Source of the DNA: a virus
Lineage: Duplodnaviria; Caudoviricetes
IMG/VR virus record: IMGVR_UViG_3300027759_000132
Span: 1-47,906 of that record
Strand: one strand, 5' to 3'
Length of the DNA: 47,906 nt
Every line of letters begins with the position of its first letter. Within the stretch, counting starts at the first letter, position 1. Below, piece by piece: positions 16,796 to 27,887 of the stretch. The notes below the pieces were generated by a model. The model had not been told where the DNA came from. It did no database searches and worked only from the letters and a program-made list of their open reading frames with translations. Both the position numbers and the translations under genes were made by a program.

Positions 16796-18514
16796 ATGGC
16801 CCTTGGTCGAATTAGTGGTCCGCTCTTAAAGTCGAATCTACTTCGTAACGGTGTAGACTTGGCATTTGAGACGAATCTATTGTACTTGGATGTTACAAAT
16901 CGCCGCGTTGGTATTAATACCGATACTCCTTCACACGATTTGCAAGTTGCTGGAACTGCTAGAGTAACTACGCTAAATGTCAGCGGAGCAAGTACTCTTG
17001 GCAACATTACATTTAGTCCAAATTCAATTCAAAGTGCCAGCAATCAAATCAATTTGTCTGCTGGCGGATCTAATCCTGTAGTTTATCAAGGTATTTTACA
17101 AGTTGGTAATTTACAACTAACTGCAAACACGCTAACTACACTACTACCAAATCAAAATATCAGTTTAACTACAACCGGTACTGGTGCTGTAGTTGTAAAC
17201 AATAATTTAACAGTTACTGGCAATTTATACACACAAGGTAATTTAACAGTTGATGGTGTAGTCACTATCAAAGGTAACATTACTATTGGTGATCAGACTA
17301 CTGATACCGTGGCAATCACTGCTGGAATTAGTAGCGATTTGATTCCAGCAACAACCGCTACATATAATTTAGGTTCATCTGTTGGTCCAGCGTACTGGAA
17401 TAATGTATATGCTACTAACAGCTATTACAATAGCATTACAGTAACAAATTTTCAAAATAACAATTTAGTTTTTAGTACAAACACCATCACTGATACAGTA
17501 AACAATGCTGATATTCAGTTTGCCACAACAGGTACTGGTGGAATTGTACTTGGTAATGTCAAAGTCAGTTCTAACAGTATTACTAACATTGTATCTAATG
17601 CTGTTACAACGTTCAATCAAACTACCGGAACTGCCAGCTTTACTGGTTCTATTGCCAGTGCAACCGCAGTAACATTTACTGGAAGCGTTGCATTAACTAC
17701 CTTAACAGTAACAAGTACACCAAGCGGTGCGGGAATTGTTGTTGGCCAAAGTATCAGCGGCGGAACAATTCCAACAGGAACGTATATTGTTTCTAATTTA
17801 TCAGGTACTGGCACAAGCTCAACCAGTACCTGGGCCATTAGTAATTCATTTACACAGGTCAGTACACCGATTACTGCCCAGTTGGCAACATTAACAGTTA
17901 CAGCAGTTACCGCAGGTCCAATTAACTCTGGAATGATACTAGCTGGTAGTGGTGTAACTGCCAATACAGTTGTTATTAGTCAAAATACAGCATCAACTGC
18001 GGCGGTAGCAAGCCCAACATTTTCAAGTGGCGGCACACAAGGCGCATACACATTTGTAGTAAGTTCTGGCACTGGCATTTTAAAAAATCAATTTATATCT
18101 GGTACTGGAATTCCAATAAACACATTTGTAAGCAATGTGTCAGGAACCAACGTTACGCTAACCAAAGCATTTACAACACAAGCTAGCGGAACATATAATT
18201 TTTATACACCTGGCACACAAGGTACATACTATGTAAGTCCAGCGCAATCTGCAAGTTCAACAGCCATTACTGGAACAGTAATTGGCTATGTTTATATTGG
18301 CGGCACTAACGGAGTTGTTATCCCATCAGGAACAACATTACAACGTCCTGGTAGCCCAACAACTGGAATGATTCGATTCAATACAGACTCAGAAAGTTTA
18401 GCTATTGAAGTTTTTACTGGAAGCTCTTGGGCAGGCGTTGCAGGAGCATCTGCAGGTATTACTGTTAATCAAGCTAGCGATTCGGCCGCACAATGGGCAC
18501 TAGCATTAGGATAA
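16796..18514 (+). CDS. Fibre-like structural protein
   Basis: MALGRISGPLLKSNL, RVGINT.TP...LQV.G, IPSGTT.QRP....GMIRFNTD; ends AQWALALG. Confidence 0.75.
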   Translation: MALGRISGPLLKSNLLRNGVDLAFETNLLYLDVTNRRVGINTDTPSHDLQVAGTARVTTLNVSGASTLGNITFSPNSIQSASNQINLSAGGSNPVVYQGILQVGNLQLTANTLTTLLPNQNISLTTTGTGAVVVNNNLTVTGNLYTQGNLTVDGVVTIKGNITIGDQTTDTVAITAGISSDLIPATTATYNLGSSVGPAYWNNVYATNSYYNSITVTNFQNNNLVFSTNTITDTVNNADIQFATTGTGGIVLGNVKVSSNSITNIVSNAVTTFNQTTGTASFTGSIASATAVTFTGSVALTTLTVTSTPSGAGIVVGQSISGGTIPTGTYIVSNLSGTGTSSTSTWAISNSFTQVSTPITAQLATLTVTAVTAGPINSGMILAGSGVTANTVVISQNTASTAAVASPTFSSGGTQGAYTFVVSSGTGILKNQFISGTGIPINTFVSNVSGTNVTLTKAFTTQASGTYNFYTPGTQGTYYVSPAQSASSTAITGTVIGYVYIGGTNGVVIPSGTTLQRPGSPTTGMIRFNTDSESLAIEVFTGSSWAGVAGASAGITVNQASDSAAQWALALG

Positions 18515-18517
18515 AAT

Positions 18518-19072
18518 ATGGCAACCACATTTAAAAATGCAATAAGTACAGCAGTAGGCACAACACCAATTATTGTGTACACTGCGGCAAGCAACGTTCG
18601 AGTAACAATTTTAGGTATTAGTTTTGCAAACGTATCTAGCGGATGGGTCACAGCAAGTGTAATAATAACAGATCCAGCTCCTGGCGGAACATTTACAGCT
18701 AATCAAAGTACTGTAACTAACACATCTGTGTTAACTAATGTTAATACATTTAACAATATTTCAGTTGGTGCAAGCGTAACTGGCACTGGTATACCTGCCA
18801 GTACAACAATTAGTAGTTTTGATGCAGTAGCAAAAACAATTACAATAAGCAATGCGGCAACATCAACAGCAACAGCAAACACTATTACTTTTGTAGGAAC
18901 AACAGCCGCTACTAGTTATTATATTAAAGATGTAATTGTGCCGGCCAATCAAAGTTTAAGAGTTATTAACGGCGGCGAGCGACTAGTATTAGGTGCAAGT
19001 AATACATTATCAGTAGTGACCAATACTGCAACTAGTTGCGATGTTATCGTAAGTTTAGTTGAAATTATTTAA
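18518..19072 (+). CDS. Small beta-rich virion protein with an internal inserted module
   Basis: MATTFKN...VYT...TILG...AN core; VP.N.SL....GGERLVL; follows a fibre that ends in ALALG. Confidence 0.65.
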   Translation: MATTFKNAISTAVGTTPIIVYTAASNVRVTILGISFANVSSGWVTASVIITDPAPGGTFTANQSTVTNTSVLTNVNTFNNISVGASVTGTGIPASTTISSFDAVAKTITISNAATSTATANTITFVGTTAATSYYIKDVIVPANQSLRVINGGERLVLGASNTLSVVTNTATSCDVIVSLVEII

Positions 19073-19083
19073 GGATTAATATT

Positions 19084-19440
19084 ATGGCCATGAATTATGT
19101 AGGCGATGTAAGCAACAATGAGTTACTGGGTGCCGGCCAAAGTAGATACTTTTACGGATTACGCAGAACGGAAGACGGCACTTTGTTTTTTGTCAAAGTA
19201 GATCAGATAACTGGAACAGACACAATTACAATTAATGTGGCTGGCCCAAATGCCAACAACTTTGAAGATTTTGAATACGGTGTAGACTATTTTGACGGCC
19301 GCAGTGCAGTAGATCATAGCAGACCTTATCCTAATTTATATTATGATCAGTATCGCTGGGATACTAAAAACATGTATTATTATATCAATCCACAAGGCGA
19401 ATTAGTCGCACGTATTAATCAAGCATACGTTTATAGTTAA
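19084..19440 (+). CDS. Hypothetical virion protein
   Basis: 118 aa aromatic-rich ORF in operon context with an RBS (YFYGLRR..DG.L; Y.QYRWD....YYI...GELV.R). Confidence 0.65.
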   Translation: MAMNYVGDVSNNELLGAGQSRYFYGLRRTEDGTLFFVKVDQITGTDTITINVAGPNANNFEDFEYGVDYFDGRSAVDHSRPYPNLYYDQYRWDTKNMYYYINPQGELVARINQAYVYS

Positions 19441-19449
19441 GGAATAAAA

Positions 19450-22400
19450 ATGGCAGAGTTTAAAATAAACAGATTACGTTACACATGGTCAGGTCCCTGG
19501 GTAGCAAATACAGCGTATGGAAAAGATTCTGTTGTACAATACAGCGGAAAGACTTATGCTTGTTTAATTGCACATACAGCAGATGCTAGCAATTTTTATA
19601 ACGATTTAAATCACGTTACCCCACAAGGCGCATCAACTCCGTACTGGGCACTTATACTTGACGGCAAAACATTTAGAGGCCCTTGGATTACAGGGCGAGT
19701 TTATAATACTGGTAACATTGTTTCTTTTGGTGGACAAGTTTACACTTGCGTAACCCCGCATACTAGTACTGCATTTGCTACAGATGCTACTAATTGGATT
19801 CAATATACTCAATTTTCAAATTGGAATAACGCCTGGTCTCCTAGTACAGTTTACGGGTTGGGAGATATTGTAAAATATGGCGGCATAATTTATCGTTGCA
19901 CTGTCAATCATACATCATCTAGCAGTGTTGCTCTTGCGGCAGATCCAGAAATTGCGTCTGGCCTTGAAGCAGATTTGTCTAAGTGGACTGTAGTTAACAG
20001 CGGTATTGATTATAAAGGGTTATGGAATGTTGTAGGCGGAGTTCCACAACCAGGCGGCACAGTAAGATACAAATTAAACGACATTGTAAAATTTGGTGCA
20101 AACTTATGGCAATGTAGTGCTGGACATAGTTCTATTGCAACATTTAATACATCACGCTGGACTTTATGGATACCAGGAGAAGAATATGCAAATACATGGT
20201 CACTTACCACTGGATTTCAACTTGGCGATATTGTAAGCTATGGCGGGTACGAGTACATTAGTAATATATCAAATAATATAGGTAACATTCCTTCTACTGA
20301 TTCAGTTAGCTGGACATTGTTTACAAAAAATTACAATTTACGCGGCACATGGGATGCAATTGCAAACTATAGAGTTGGAGATACTGTACGTAAAAATGGT
20401 CGATTATATATTGCCCTATTTGATAACATTAACTCGGATCCTACTACAAATATTAACCCATTACAATATACAGCAACAGGAAGTAGCAATAAAACTGTTA
20501 AAGTTAGTGACTCTAGTACAATTAAACCAGGTATGATTATCAGCGGAACTGGATTTACGTTAGGGCAAACAGTTGTTACTGTTGTTGACGGTACTACTAT
20601 TACTTTAGATAGAGGCCCGGACGGAACTCCGGCGGATAATCAAAGCCTAACGTTTACAGGCGTTGGTGCTAATTGGCAATTGATTAGTTCTAACAACGAA
20701 TGGTCAAATTTTTGGACAGCACTTGATACTGTATCTTACAGCGTGGGCGATTTAGTTATTTGGCAAAATGCAACTTATATGTGTATTCAGAGTCACACAA
20801 ATGGTAGCAGTGGCGCCAAGCGACCAGATTTAGATTTGTTAAATCAATACTGGACATTGTTTATTAATCACGATAAGAATAATGCTTTAAATTCTTACGG
20901 AGATATTGAAGCATACAGCGCCGGACAACCTACTGCAATTCCAGTTAGTACTGATTCGTTTGCTCTAAAGGCAGTTGCTACAGGCTCTAACGTATTACCA
21001 ACGTGGGCACAGATTATGAACACTAATAATGTGTTTTATGTAGCTCCAACAGGTACAGACGGCCCTAGTAGTGCTGGCTGGGGCAAAACTCTTGACCGTC
21101 CGTATAAGACCATTGCTTATGCATGTCAAGTAGCAGGCGCAGGAACTACAAATTTAAATGCATATAAAGTATTAGATGGCAATAAATCTTGGCTTACTGC
21201 TGAAATGTATCAGTGGATGATTTATCAAAAAACAAATAGCCAAGCACCATTTAGCCCAAGCTCTGTATTTGATCAAGCTAAAACAATTCGCGATGCAGGA
21301 TATGTTATCGATGCTGTTTTGTATGACATTACTCGAGGTGGAAATAGCCAAACAGTACAAACAGCACTTGCGTATTTTGCACAAGAAAGTACAACTACAT
21401 TTATTAATGCGACTGTTACAGCAGAAATGCCTTACTTTATTGCGGCGTTACAACAGCTATTATCACTTGTTGGAAATGTGTTGGACGATACAAACCCAAG
21501 TCAAAATTATCAAGCATTGAATAATGTTCCAGTGCTAAGTCGTGTTTCTAGGATTGCTAATGCAACAATTGTTGGCTCGCCTATCTTCCCAGCATTGACT
21601 AATATTGAAGTAACAGCAAGTCCAGCTATTACAACATTATTTGGATATATTATAACAGCACTGACAAATTCTAGTACTGCATCATTGCCTGCACCCAACT
21701 CAGGCGCAACTATTACTATTAACGTAAAAACAGGAACATATAACGAAACATTGCCTATTTCAGTTCCAGCTAACTGTGCAATTTGCGGCGATGAATTACG
21801 CGGCACAGTAGTACAACCAGCAGTTAGATTAATTTTAACAATCACTGGAGCCAACGATTCAACAAAGTTGTTTACAGTTTCTAGCACTGCTGGATTAACA
21901 AACAATATGCCGTTTATGTTAACCACTGCTACAGCTGGATTATCTGCTGGTACAATTTACTATATTGTTGGATCTTCTATTACATCAACTCAATTTGGAG
22001 TTAGCGCATTGCCTAGCGGAACATTACAAACATTGACGCTAGCGACAAATGTTTCAATAACTGCGTATGCAGGCGATTGCTTAAAAAATATGTTCTTAAT
22101 GCGCAACGGTAGCGGATTGCGTAACATGACATTAAACGGCTTGCTAGGCGCATTAGGCCCAATTAATTCTTTCTTAACTGCTCGCCCAACAGGCGGATCG
22201 TATGTAAGTCTTGATCCAGGCAAAGGTCCAGCAGATACTAGTGCTTGGATTTTTAAACGTAGTCCTTATATTCAAAACGTAACTACTTTTGGTTACGGAT
22301 GCACTGGTTTAAAAATTGATGGAACATTGCACAATGGAGGCAACAAATCTATAGTATGTAACGATTTCACACAAGTGATAGGCGATGGTGTAGGTATTTG

Positions 22401-25400
22401 GGTAACAGGGCCAAGTTCAGTTTGCGAAGCGGTTAGTGTGTTTGCATATTATGGTTATGCCGGATATTTGGCAGAAGACGGCGGACGTTTACGTGCAACT
22501 AATGGTAATACCAGCTATGGTACATTTGGTGTTATTGCAGAAGGATATGATCCTACAGAAGCACCTGTTACCGGAATTGTGTTTAACCAAAGTTCACAAG
22601 TTCAAGCACAAGTGGCCACATCATTGGGATCTCAAGCCCAATTAATTAGAATGTCATATTCTAACGCAGGATCTTCATACAATACAACTACTACAAACGT
22701 CTTAGCCTATAGTAATAATTTTCAAGGAGCATCTTGGACTCCTACTAATTTAACATTGACTAAGAATACAGTTAGTCCTTTAACCGGATTAACTGATGCA
22801 TGGTTGCTATCGTCAGCTGGCGGCTCTGGAAATATTGCACAAGCAATTACAATTCCAGCGGCAGGCGCAGTATATACAAACATTGCCGGTGTGGGCGGTT
22901 CTGGTACTAACGCAACATTTAATATTACAGTAACAGCTACTACGTATGTTGTTACTGTTAACAACGGCGGATCTGGATATATCGGTAATGATCAAATTAC
23001 TATTTCTGGAGCATTATTAGGCGGAACTAATCCTGCAAATAACCTTACAGTAACAGTATTTTCATTATCAGGAAGTTCTATTTCAACAGTAACATTACCA
23101 TCTGCAGGTGTAGTTGGTAATACTGTTCCGGTTGGCAGTGCATTAAAATATACAACTAGCTTGTATGTTAAACAAGGAACAGCACCGTCCTGTGATTTGT
23201 TAGTTACATTTAGCGGATCAACAACAGTAACTAACGGCGTGAACTTTAATTTTGCTACAGGCGCAATAACTACTACTGCATTAGGTAGTGGAACTATTAC
23301 AGCACCTGCGTTATCTGGCAAAGAAGTTTTACCAAACGGCTGGTACAGATTATGGTTTTCAACAGCAGATTCTACTGGATTGAATACAACTGCCACAGTG
23401 ATATTTTATCCTTCAAGTAGCGCATCTAGTGGAGGCACTTATGCTTATGCTGGCCAGTATGAAATTGCTGGAGTTATTACTCCTGCTGAACCATCATTTT
23501 ATCTCGATGTTGCTGGCACTACAAAATATACAGCATACGCAAACTATACAATTACTGGCGCAGGTACCGGCGCATTAGCAATCGGCGACGAAATAAGATC
23601 AAATTCTATATTTGAAACTCGTGTAACTGGTGGCGGCACTGGATATCAGACAGCTAGTAACAATGCTCAGGCAGGTAATAATCAACAGATTACACTTGCG
23701 CAGTCCGATACTTTATTATTATCTAACTATGTAGGCATGCGTTTGTTTATTAATAGTGGTACTGGCGCTGGGCAATACGGATATATTACGTATTATGATA
23801 GCGTTACTAAAATTGCTCAGTTGGCAAAAGATTCTTTTGCTCCTATAGAAATTACTACAACTGATACAACAACATTAACAATTAATCCGCAAGCATCTAT
23901 TGCACCTTTATATATTGGACAACCTGTACAATTTATTCCAACGTATTATAACACAACAGTTAATACAATTGGCATTACTCAAATGCAATTAATAAGTGTA
24001 TCTGGAGGTACTACTAATGCTATATTTGTAAACAGTGTAGCAGGTCTTGCTGTGAATATGCCAGTAACATTTACTACTAATGATACACAGTTAATTAGTA
24101 CGTTGACTGCTGGGTTTGTTTACTACATTTCGTCAATCGATACTGTTGCAAATAGTTTTAGAATTACTAATCAAATCTATAGTGCAGTTGATTGGTTGTT
24201 AACCACTGCCGTTCCAAATCTTGGATTTAACATCAACATAAACTATCCTTCTTATACAAATTATTTGCAAGGATTAACATCAAACATGGTGGTTAATTTT
24301 CCAATTACATTTACTGGAACCAGCGTTGGCGGTTTAACAGTTGGAACTACATATTACATCAATGACGTAGTAGATGGTAGCAATTTTACAGTATCGTCTT
24401 CTTTAAATACTGTTACGGTAACTGCGGCAAGTAGTTCTACTCAAGCACTTACTGTATCAAGCGTTTCATCATTAACACCGCTAAATCCAATCGTGTTTAC
24501 TAATACTAGTACTACTGGTATTATAGCTAAACAAAAATATTATATTAGTAAGTTAGTTGATTCAACTAGTTTTCAGATATCCACAATATTAACATCTGTT
24601 ACAGTGACATCAGTGTCCAGCCCCGGAACTGGTAATTTGTTTACTTGTAGTTCTACGGCAGGATTTGGAGGAGCACCAACTTATCAACCAATTATGTTTG
24701 TAGGGAATACATTTGGCGGAGTGGTAGCTGAAACTGTATATTATATACTAGGTGTTGCAGGTGACGGTTTCTCGTTTACAATTAGTAGTACCCCAGGCGG
24801 ACAAGCATTTGGTTCAGGGCCTGCATCCGGTATAATGACTGCTAAAACTTGTTTAACTACCAGTTTAAAAACATTAACAACAGTAGCTAGCATGAGTGCC
24901 ACAGGTACAACAACATCAACTAGAACCAAATTCACAGCAGGCTACAGCAACATCAACGGTACATTTTCTACATCATTGTTTAGCACAGTGCAACAAGGAA
25001 CAACTTATTATGTTAATACAATTTCAGCTACTGGATTTACAGTTGCTAGTTCATTAGCCAATGTGGGTGTAACTATATTTGCGCAAAGTGCAGGTACCGG
25101 ATCAATGAATGTTGTGGCGTCGGGCTGGGATCATCAAAATCCAGCAACTCCAATAGCCGCATTGTTAGATGCTTCTTCAGTTTACTTTATTGAACCAAGA
25201 CCTATTTACAGCACACCTAGCTTTGTACAAACCTCAGCAGTTTCTACTATATCATTAGCCCCAGGAACTAGCTATACTTCAATGGCGTATGGTAATAACT
25301 ATTGGATCGCTTTCCCTAACGGCAATGCTACCGCGGCAGGCTCAATAGATGGACTAACATGGACTAACATAACATTGCCGTTTACTGCTAGCTGGTCTGG

Positions 25401-27822
25401 AGTTGCATATGGTAACGGTTATTATGTTGGTGTGGCATCGGGCACTGCCAATGCTGTGAGATCTGTTTCAGGATTGGGTTGGAGAACTATATCGTTAGGA
25501 GCCACAGCCAATTGGATTGGAGTTACCTATGGCAACGGTTTATTTGTTGCAATTCCATCAGATAATACTGCCACAGCATATTCAACAAACTTTGGCGCAA
25601 CCTGGTCAGCTGGTGCACTTCCTGGCAAAACATCATTCACAGCGACTGGTGCGGCACAACTTAGCACAACGCAAGCACAATTTGGAATAAGTTCGCTATA
25701 CTTGGATGGGACTGCCAACACTTATATTTCAACGCCGTCAAATGCAGATTATGGTTATGGTACAGGCGATTTTACTATTGAGTTCTTTTGGCGACCAACT
25801 GCTCTCGGTGTTCAACAAGTACTAGTCGATCAACGTACTACGGGAAACGATGTAGCAATATATTTAGAAATGAACACAAGTGGAAACATAAGATTATTTG
25901 TTAGTAATTCCTACCAAATTACATCTAGCGTAGCTTGCACAGCAGGTTCGTGGAATCACGTAGCATTATCAAGAGCTAGCGGAACAACTAGATTATTTGT
26001 TAATGGAACATTAACTCCTACAACTTATACAGATTCCAATAATTACGCCGCACGACCAATGGTAATAGGTGCATGGTACACTACTGCTATTCTACTAGCT
26101 ATTGGCTATATTGATGAATTTAGAGTTACCAAAGGTTCTAGTAGATATAGTACAACATTTACTCCACCGGCGTCAGCTTTTACAAACGATGCTAACACTG
26201 TAGCATTGTTACATTTTGACGGTGCTAACACCAGTACCACAATGTCCAATGCTATTCCAGCAGGCACTTATGTGGCAATGACATACGGTAATGGCAGATT
26301 TGTGGCAATTACCTCAGGTGGTACAGCGGCCGCATACAGTACCAATGGTATCACATGGACAGCAAGCACTTTACCATCCAGCACCACATGGACCAGCATT
26401 GCATTTGGTCAAGGCATGTTTGTTGCAGTTTCCAACACATCATCAGTATCAGCTTATAGTCAAGACGGTGCGACATGGTTATCTGGAAATATGGCTATAT
26501 ATGCAGATAAAATCAGTTATGGACAAGGTGTATTCATTGCATTATCTTCAGCTGGTTCAAGCGGCTGGACCAGTGAAGACGGATCAAACTGGCTGTCACA
26601 AACTATTACCAACGACGGATATGGCGCAATGGCATTTGGCTTTTACGCCAACAACGTAGGCGGCGTAATATCTTACATTGGCAGATTTGCAACATTATCT
26701 GGTACCAATACTGGTAGCGGAATAGCGGCAGGTTGTAAAACAAAATCAAGAGCAATAATTACATCTGGCGTTATTACTCAACTTAATAGTTGGGAACCAG
26801 GGTCTGGATATACTAACACACCAACTGTAACATTTACAGACCCCAACGTAACAAGTCTTGCCACAGTTGTGCCACGTTTAAGTAGCGGCACATTGTCTAG
26901 TCCAACGTTTGTAGCAAAAGGAACGGGATACAACAACACATCGACATCAATCCAAGTAAATGGCAATGGGTATGCCGACGCATTCCAGGCTGGACTTACA
27001 ATTATTTTAGATCAATTGTCTAGACTACCATTACCAGGTGATAACTTGGTAATTACCGGAGTTAATCAAGTTTATAAAGTAACTACAGCAACAACAGTAT
27101 TTGGAACAACAGCACCAAATATTCAAGCAAACGTGTCAATATCTCCGGGTATGACAACTGTATTAAGTCCTCCAAACGGCGCTACTATCAGCATTAGACA
27201 AAAATATAGTCAAGTACGCTTAACAGGACATGACTTTTTAAATATTGGTTACGGAAACGTAACACAATCAAACTATCCTGGTGTTCCTCCTGTGACTTCG
27301 TTGAAACAAGAGCAACAAATTATTGAAACCAACTACGGTAAAGTATTTTATGCTAGTACTGACCAAGATGGTAACTTTAAAGTTGGTAGTTTGTTTGGGG
27401 TTCAACAGGCAACTGGTATTGTAACATTAAGCGCCAGTCAGTTTGGACTAACAGGATTGAACACTTTGAGTTTAGGCGGCATTGCAGTAGGCGGATCTAG
27501 CGTAGTTGTTAGTCAGTTTAGTACCGATGGTAACTTTGTTGCTAACAGTGATAACGTTATCCCAACACAAAAAGCTATTAAAACTTACCTAACTAGTCGT
27601 TTAAGTCAGGGTGGTTCAAACACAGAAACTGGACAATTAACAGCAGGTAGCGTATTAGTTGGCGGCCCAAACAAAATAGCGTCAACAGTACCAAATGGTC
27701 AAGTTGGATCTGTCATTAAGATGACAAGTAAAGTGAACTTTACTGGAGCAACTACAGGTATTGATGGTAATATGCCAGCATTTTTCTTCTTTATGCAACA
27801 TTCGACAAAGAAAGGCAGATAA
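19450..27822 (+). CDS. Giant multidomain virion fibre/spike protein (2790 aa)
   Basis: N-terminal W....Y..GD.V.YGG..Y.C...H repeats (CBM5/12-like); beta-helix-like region (RSPYIQNVTTFG, NDFTQV); propeller-type AYGNG.FVA repeats; LamG-like domain. Confidence 0.8.
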   Translation: MAEFKINRLRYTWSGPWVANTAYGKDSVVQYSGKTYACLIAHTADASNFYNDLNHVTPQGASTPYWALILDGKTFRGPWITGRVYNTGNIVSFGGQVYTCVTPHTSTAFATDATNWIQYTQFSNWNNAWSPSTVYGLGDIVKYGGIIYRCTVNHTSSSSVALAADPEIASGLEADLSKWTVVNSGIDYKGLWNVVGGVPQPGGTVRYKLNDIVKFGANLWQCSAGHSSIATFNTSRWTLWIPGEEYANTWSLTTGFQLGDIVSYGGYEYISNISNNIGNIPSTDSVSWTLFTKNYNLRGTWDAIANYRVGDTVRKNGRLYIALFDNINSDPTTNINPLQYTATGSSNKTVKVSDSSTIKPGMIISGTGFTLGQTVVTVVDGTTITLDRGPDGTPADNQSLTFTGVGANWQLISSNNEWSNFWTALDTVSYSVGDLVIWQNATYMCIQSHTNGSSGAKRPDLDLLNQYWTLFINHDKNNALNSYGDIEAYSAGQPTAIPVSTDSFALKAVATGSNVLPTWAQIMNTNNVFYVAPTGTDGPSSAGWGKTLDRPYKTIAYACQVAGAGTTNLNAYKVLDGNKSWLTAEMYQWMIYQKTNSQAPFSPSSVFDQAKTIRDAGYVIDAVLYDITRGGNSQTVQTALAYFAQESTTTFINATVTAEMPYFIAALQQLLSLVGNVLDDTNPSQNYQALNNVPVLSRVSRIANATIVGSPIFPALTNIEVTASPAITTLFGYIITALTNSSTASLPAPNSGATITINVKTGTYNETLPISVPANCAICGDELRGTVVQPAVRLILTITGANDSTKLFTVSSTAGLTNNMPFMLTTATAGLSAGTIYYIVGSSITSTQFGVSALPSGTLQTLTLATNVSITAYAGDCLKNMFLMRNGSGLRNMTLNGLLGALGPINSFLTARPTGGSYVSLDPGKGPADTSAWIFKRSPYIQNVTTFGYGCTGLKIDGTLHNGGNKSIVCNDFTQVIGDGVGIWVTGPSSVCEAVSVFAYYGYAGYLAEDGGRLRATNGNTSYGTFGVIAEGYDPTEAPVTGIVFNQSSQVQAQVATSLGSQAQLIRMSYSNAGSSYNTTTTNVLAYSNNFQGASWTPTNLTLTKNTVSPLTGLTDAWLLSSAGGSGNIAQAITIPAAGAVYTNIAGVGGSGTNATFNITVTATTYVVTVNNGGSGYIGNDQITISGALLGGTNPANNLTVTVFSLSGSSISTVTLPSAGVVGNTVPVGSALKYTTSLYVKQGTAPSCDLLVTFSGSTTVTNGVNFNFATGAITTTALGSGTITAPALSGKEVLPNGWYRLWFSTADSTGLNTTATVIFYPSSSASSGGTYAYAGQYEIAGVITPAEPSFYLDVAGTTKYTAYANYTITGAGTGALAIGDEIRSNSIFETRVTGGGTGYQTASNNAQAGNNQQITLAQSDTLLLSNYVGMRLFINSGTGAGQYGYITYYDSVTKIAQLAKDSFAPIEITTTDTTTLTINPQASIAPLYIGQPVQFIPTYYNTTVNTIGITQMQLISVSGGTTNAIFVNSVAGLAVNMPVTFTTNDTQLISTLTAGFVYYISSIDTVANSFRITNQIYSAVDWLLTTAVPNLGFNININYPSYTNYLQGLTSNMVVNFPITFTGTSVGGLTVGTTYYINDVVDGSNFTVSSSLNTVTVTAASSSTQALTVSSVSSLTPLNPIVFTNTSTTGIIAKQKYYISKLVDSTSFQISTILTSVTVTSVSSPGTGNLFTCSSTAGFGGAPTYQPIMFVGNTFGGVVAETVYYILGVAGDGFSFTISSTPGGQAFGSGPASGIMTAKTCLTTSLKTLTTVASMSATGTTTSTRTKFTAGYSNINGTFSTSLFSTVQQGTTYYVNTISATGFTVASSLANVGVTIFAQSAGTGSMNVVASGWDHQNPATPIAALLDASSVYFIEPRPIYSTPSFVQTSAVSTISLAPGTSYTSMAYGNNYWIAFPNGNATAAGSIDGLTWTNITLPFTASWSGVAYGNGYYVGVASGTANAVRSVSGLGWRTISLGATANWIGVTYGNGLFVAIPSDNTATAYSTNFGATWSAGALPGKTSFTATGAAQLSTTQAQFGISSLYLDGTANTYISTPSNADYGYGTGDFTIEFFWRPTALGVQQVLVDQRTTGNDVAIYLEMNTSGNIRLFVSNSYQITSSVACTAGSWNHVALSRASGTTRLFVNGTLTPTTYTDSNNYAARPMVIGAWYTTAILLAIGYIDEFRVTKGSSRYSTTFTPPASAFTNDANTVALLHFDGANTSTTMSNAIPAGTYVAMTYGNGRFVAITSGGTAAAYSTNGITWTASTLPSSTTWTSIAFGQGMFVAVSNTSSVSAYSQDGATWLSGNMAIYADKISYGQGVFIALSSAGSSGWTSEDGSNWLSQTITNDGYGAMAFGFYANNVGGVISYIGRFATLSGTNTGSGIAAGCKTKSRAIITSGVITQLNSWEPGSGYTNTPTVTFTDPNVTSLATVVPRLSSGTLSSPTFVAKGTGYNNTSTSIQVNGNGYADAFQAGLTIILDQLSRLPLPGDNLVITGVNQVYKVTTATTVFGTTAPNIQANVSISPGMTTVLSPPNGATISIRQKYSQVRLTGHDFLNIGYGNVTQSNYPGVPPVTSLKQEQQIIETNYGKVFYASTDQDGNFKVGSLFGVQQATGIVTLSASQFGLTGLNTLSLGGIAVGGSSVVVSQFSTDGNFVANSDNVIPTQKAIKTYLTSRLSQGGSNTETGQLTAGSVLVGGPNKIASTVPNGQVGSVIKMTSKVNFTGATTGIDGNMPAFFFFMQHSTKKGR

Positions 27823-27861
27823 GCTGGAAATTAACAACTAAGAATTGAAAAATTGTATTAA

Positions 27862-27869
27862 GATAAATA
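27862..27869 (+). promoter_or_regulatory. Late promoter variant GATAAATA
   Basis: TAAATA core upstream of GAGGA RBS and ATG 27888. Confidence 0.6.
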
Positions 27870-27887
27870 TTATCAGAGGAACATAAA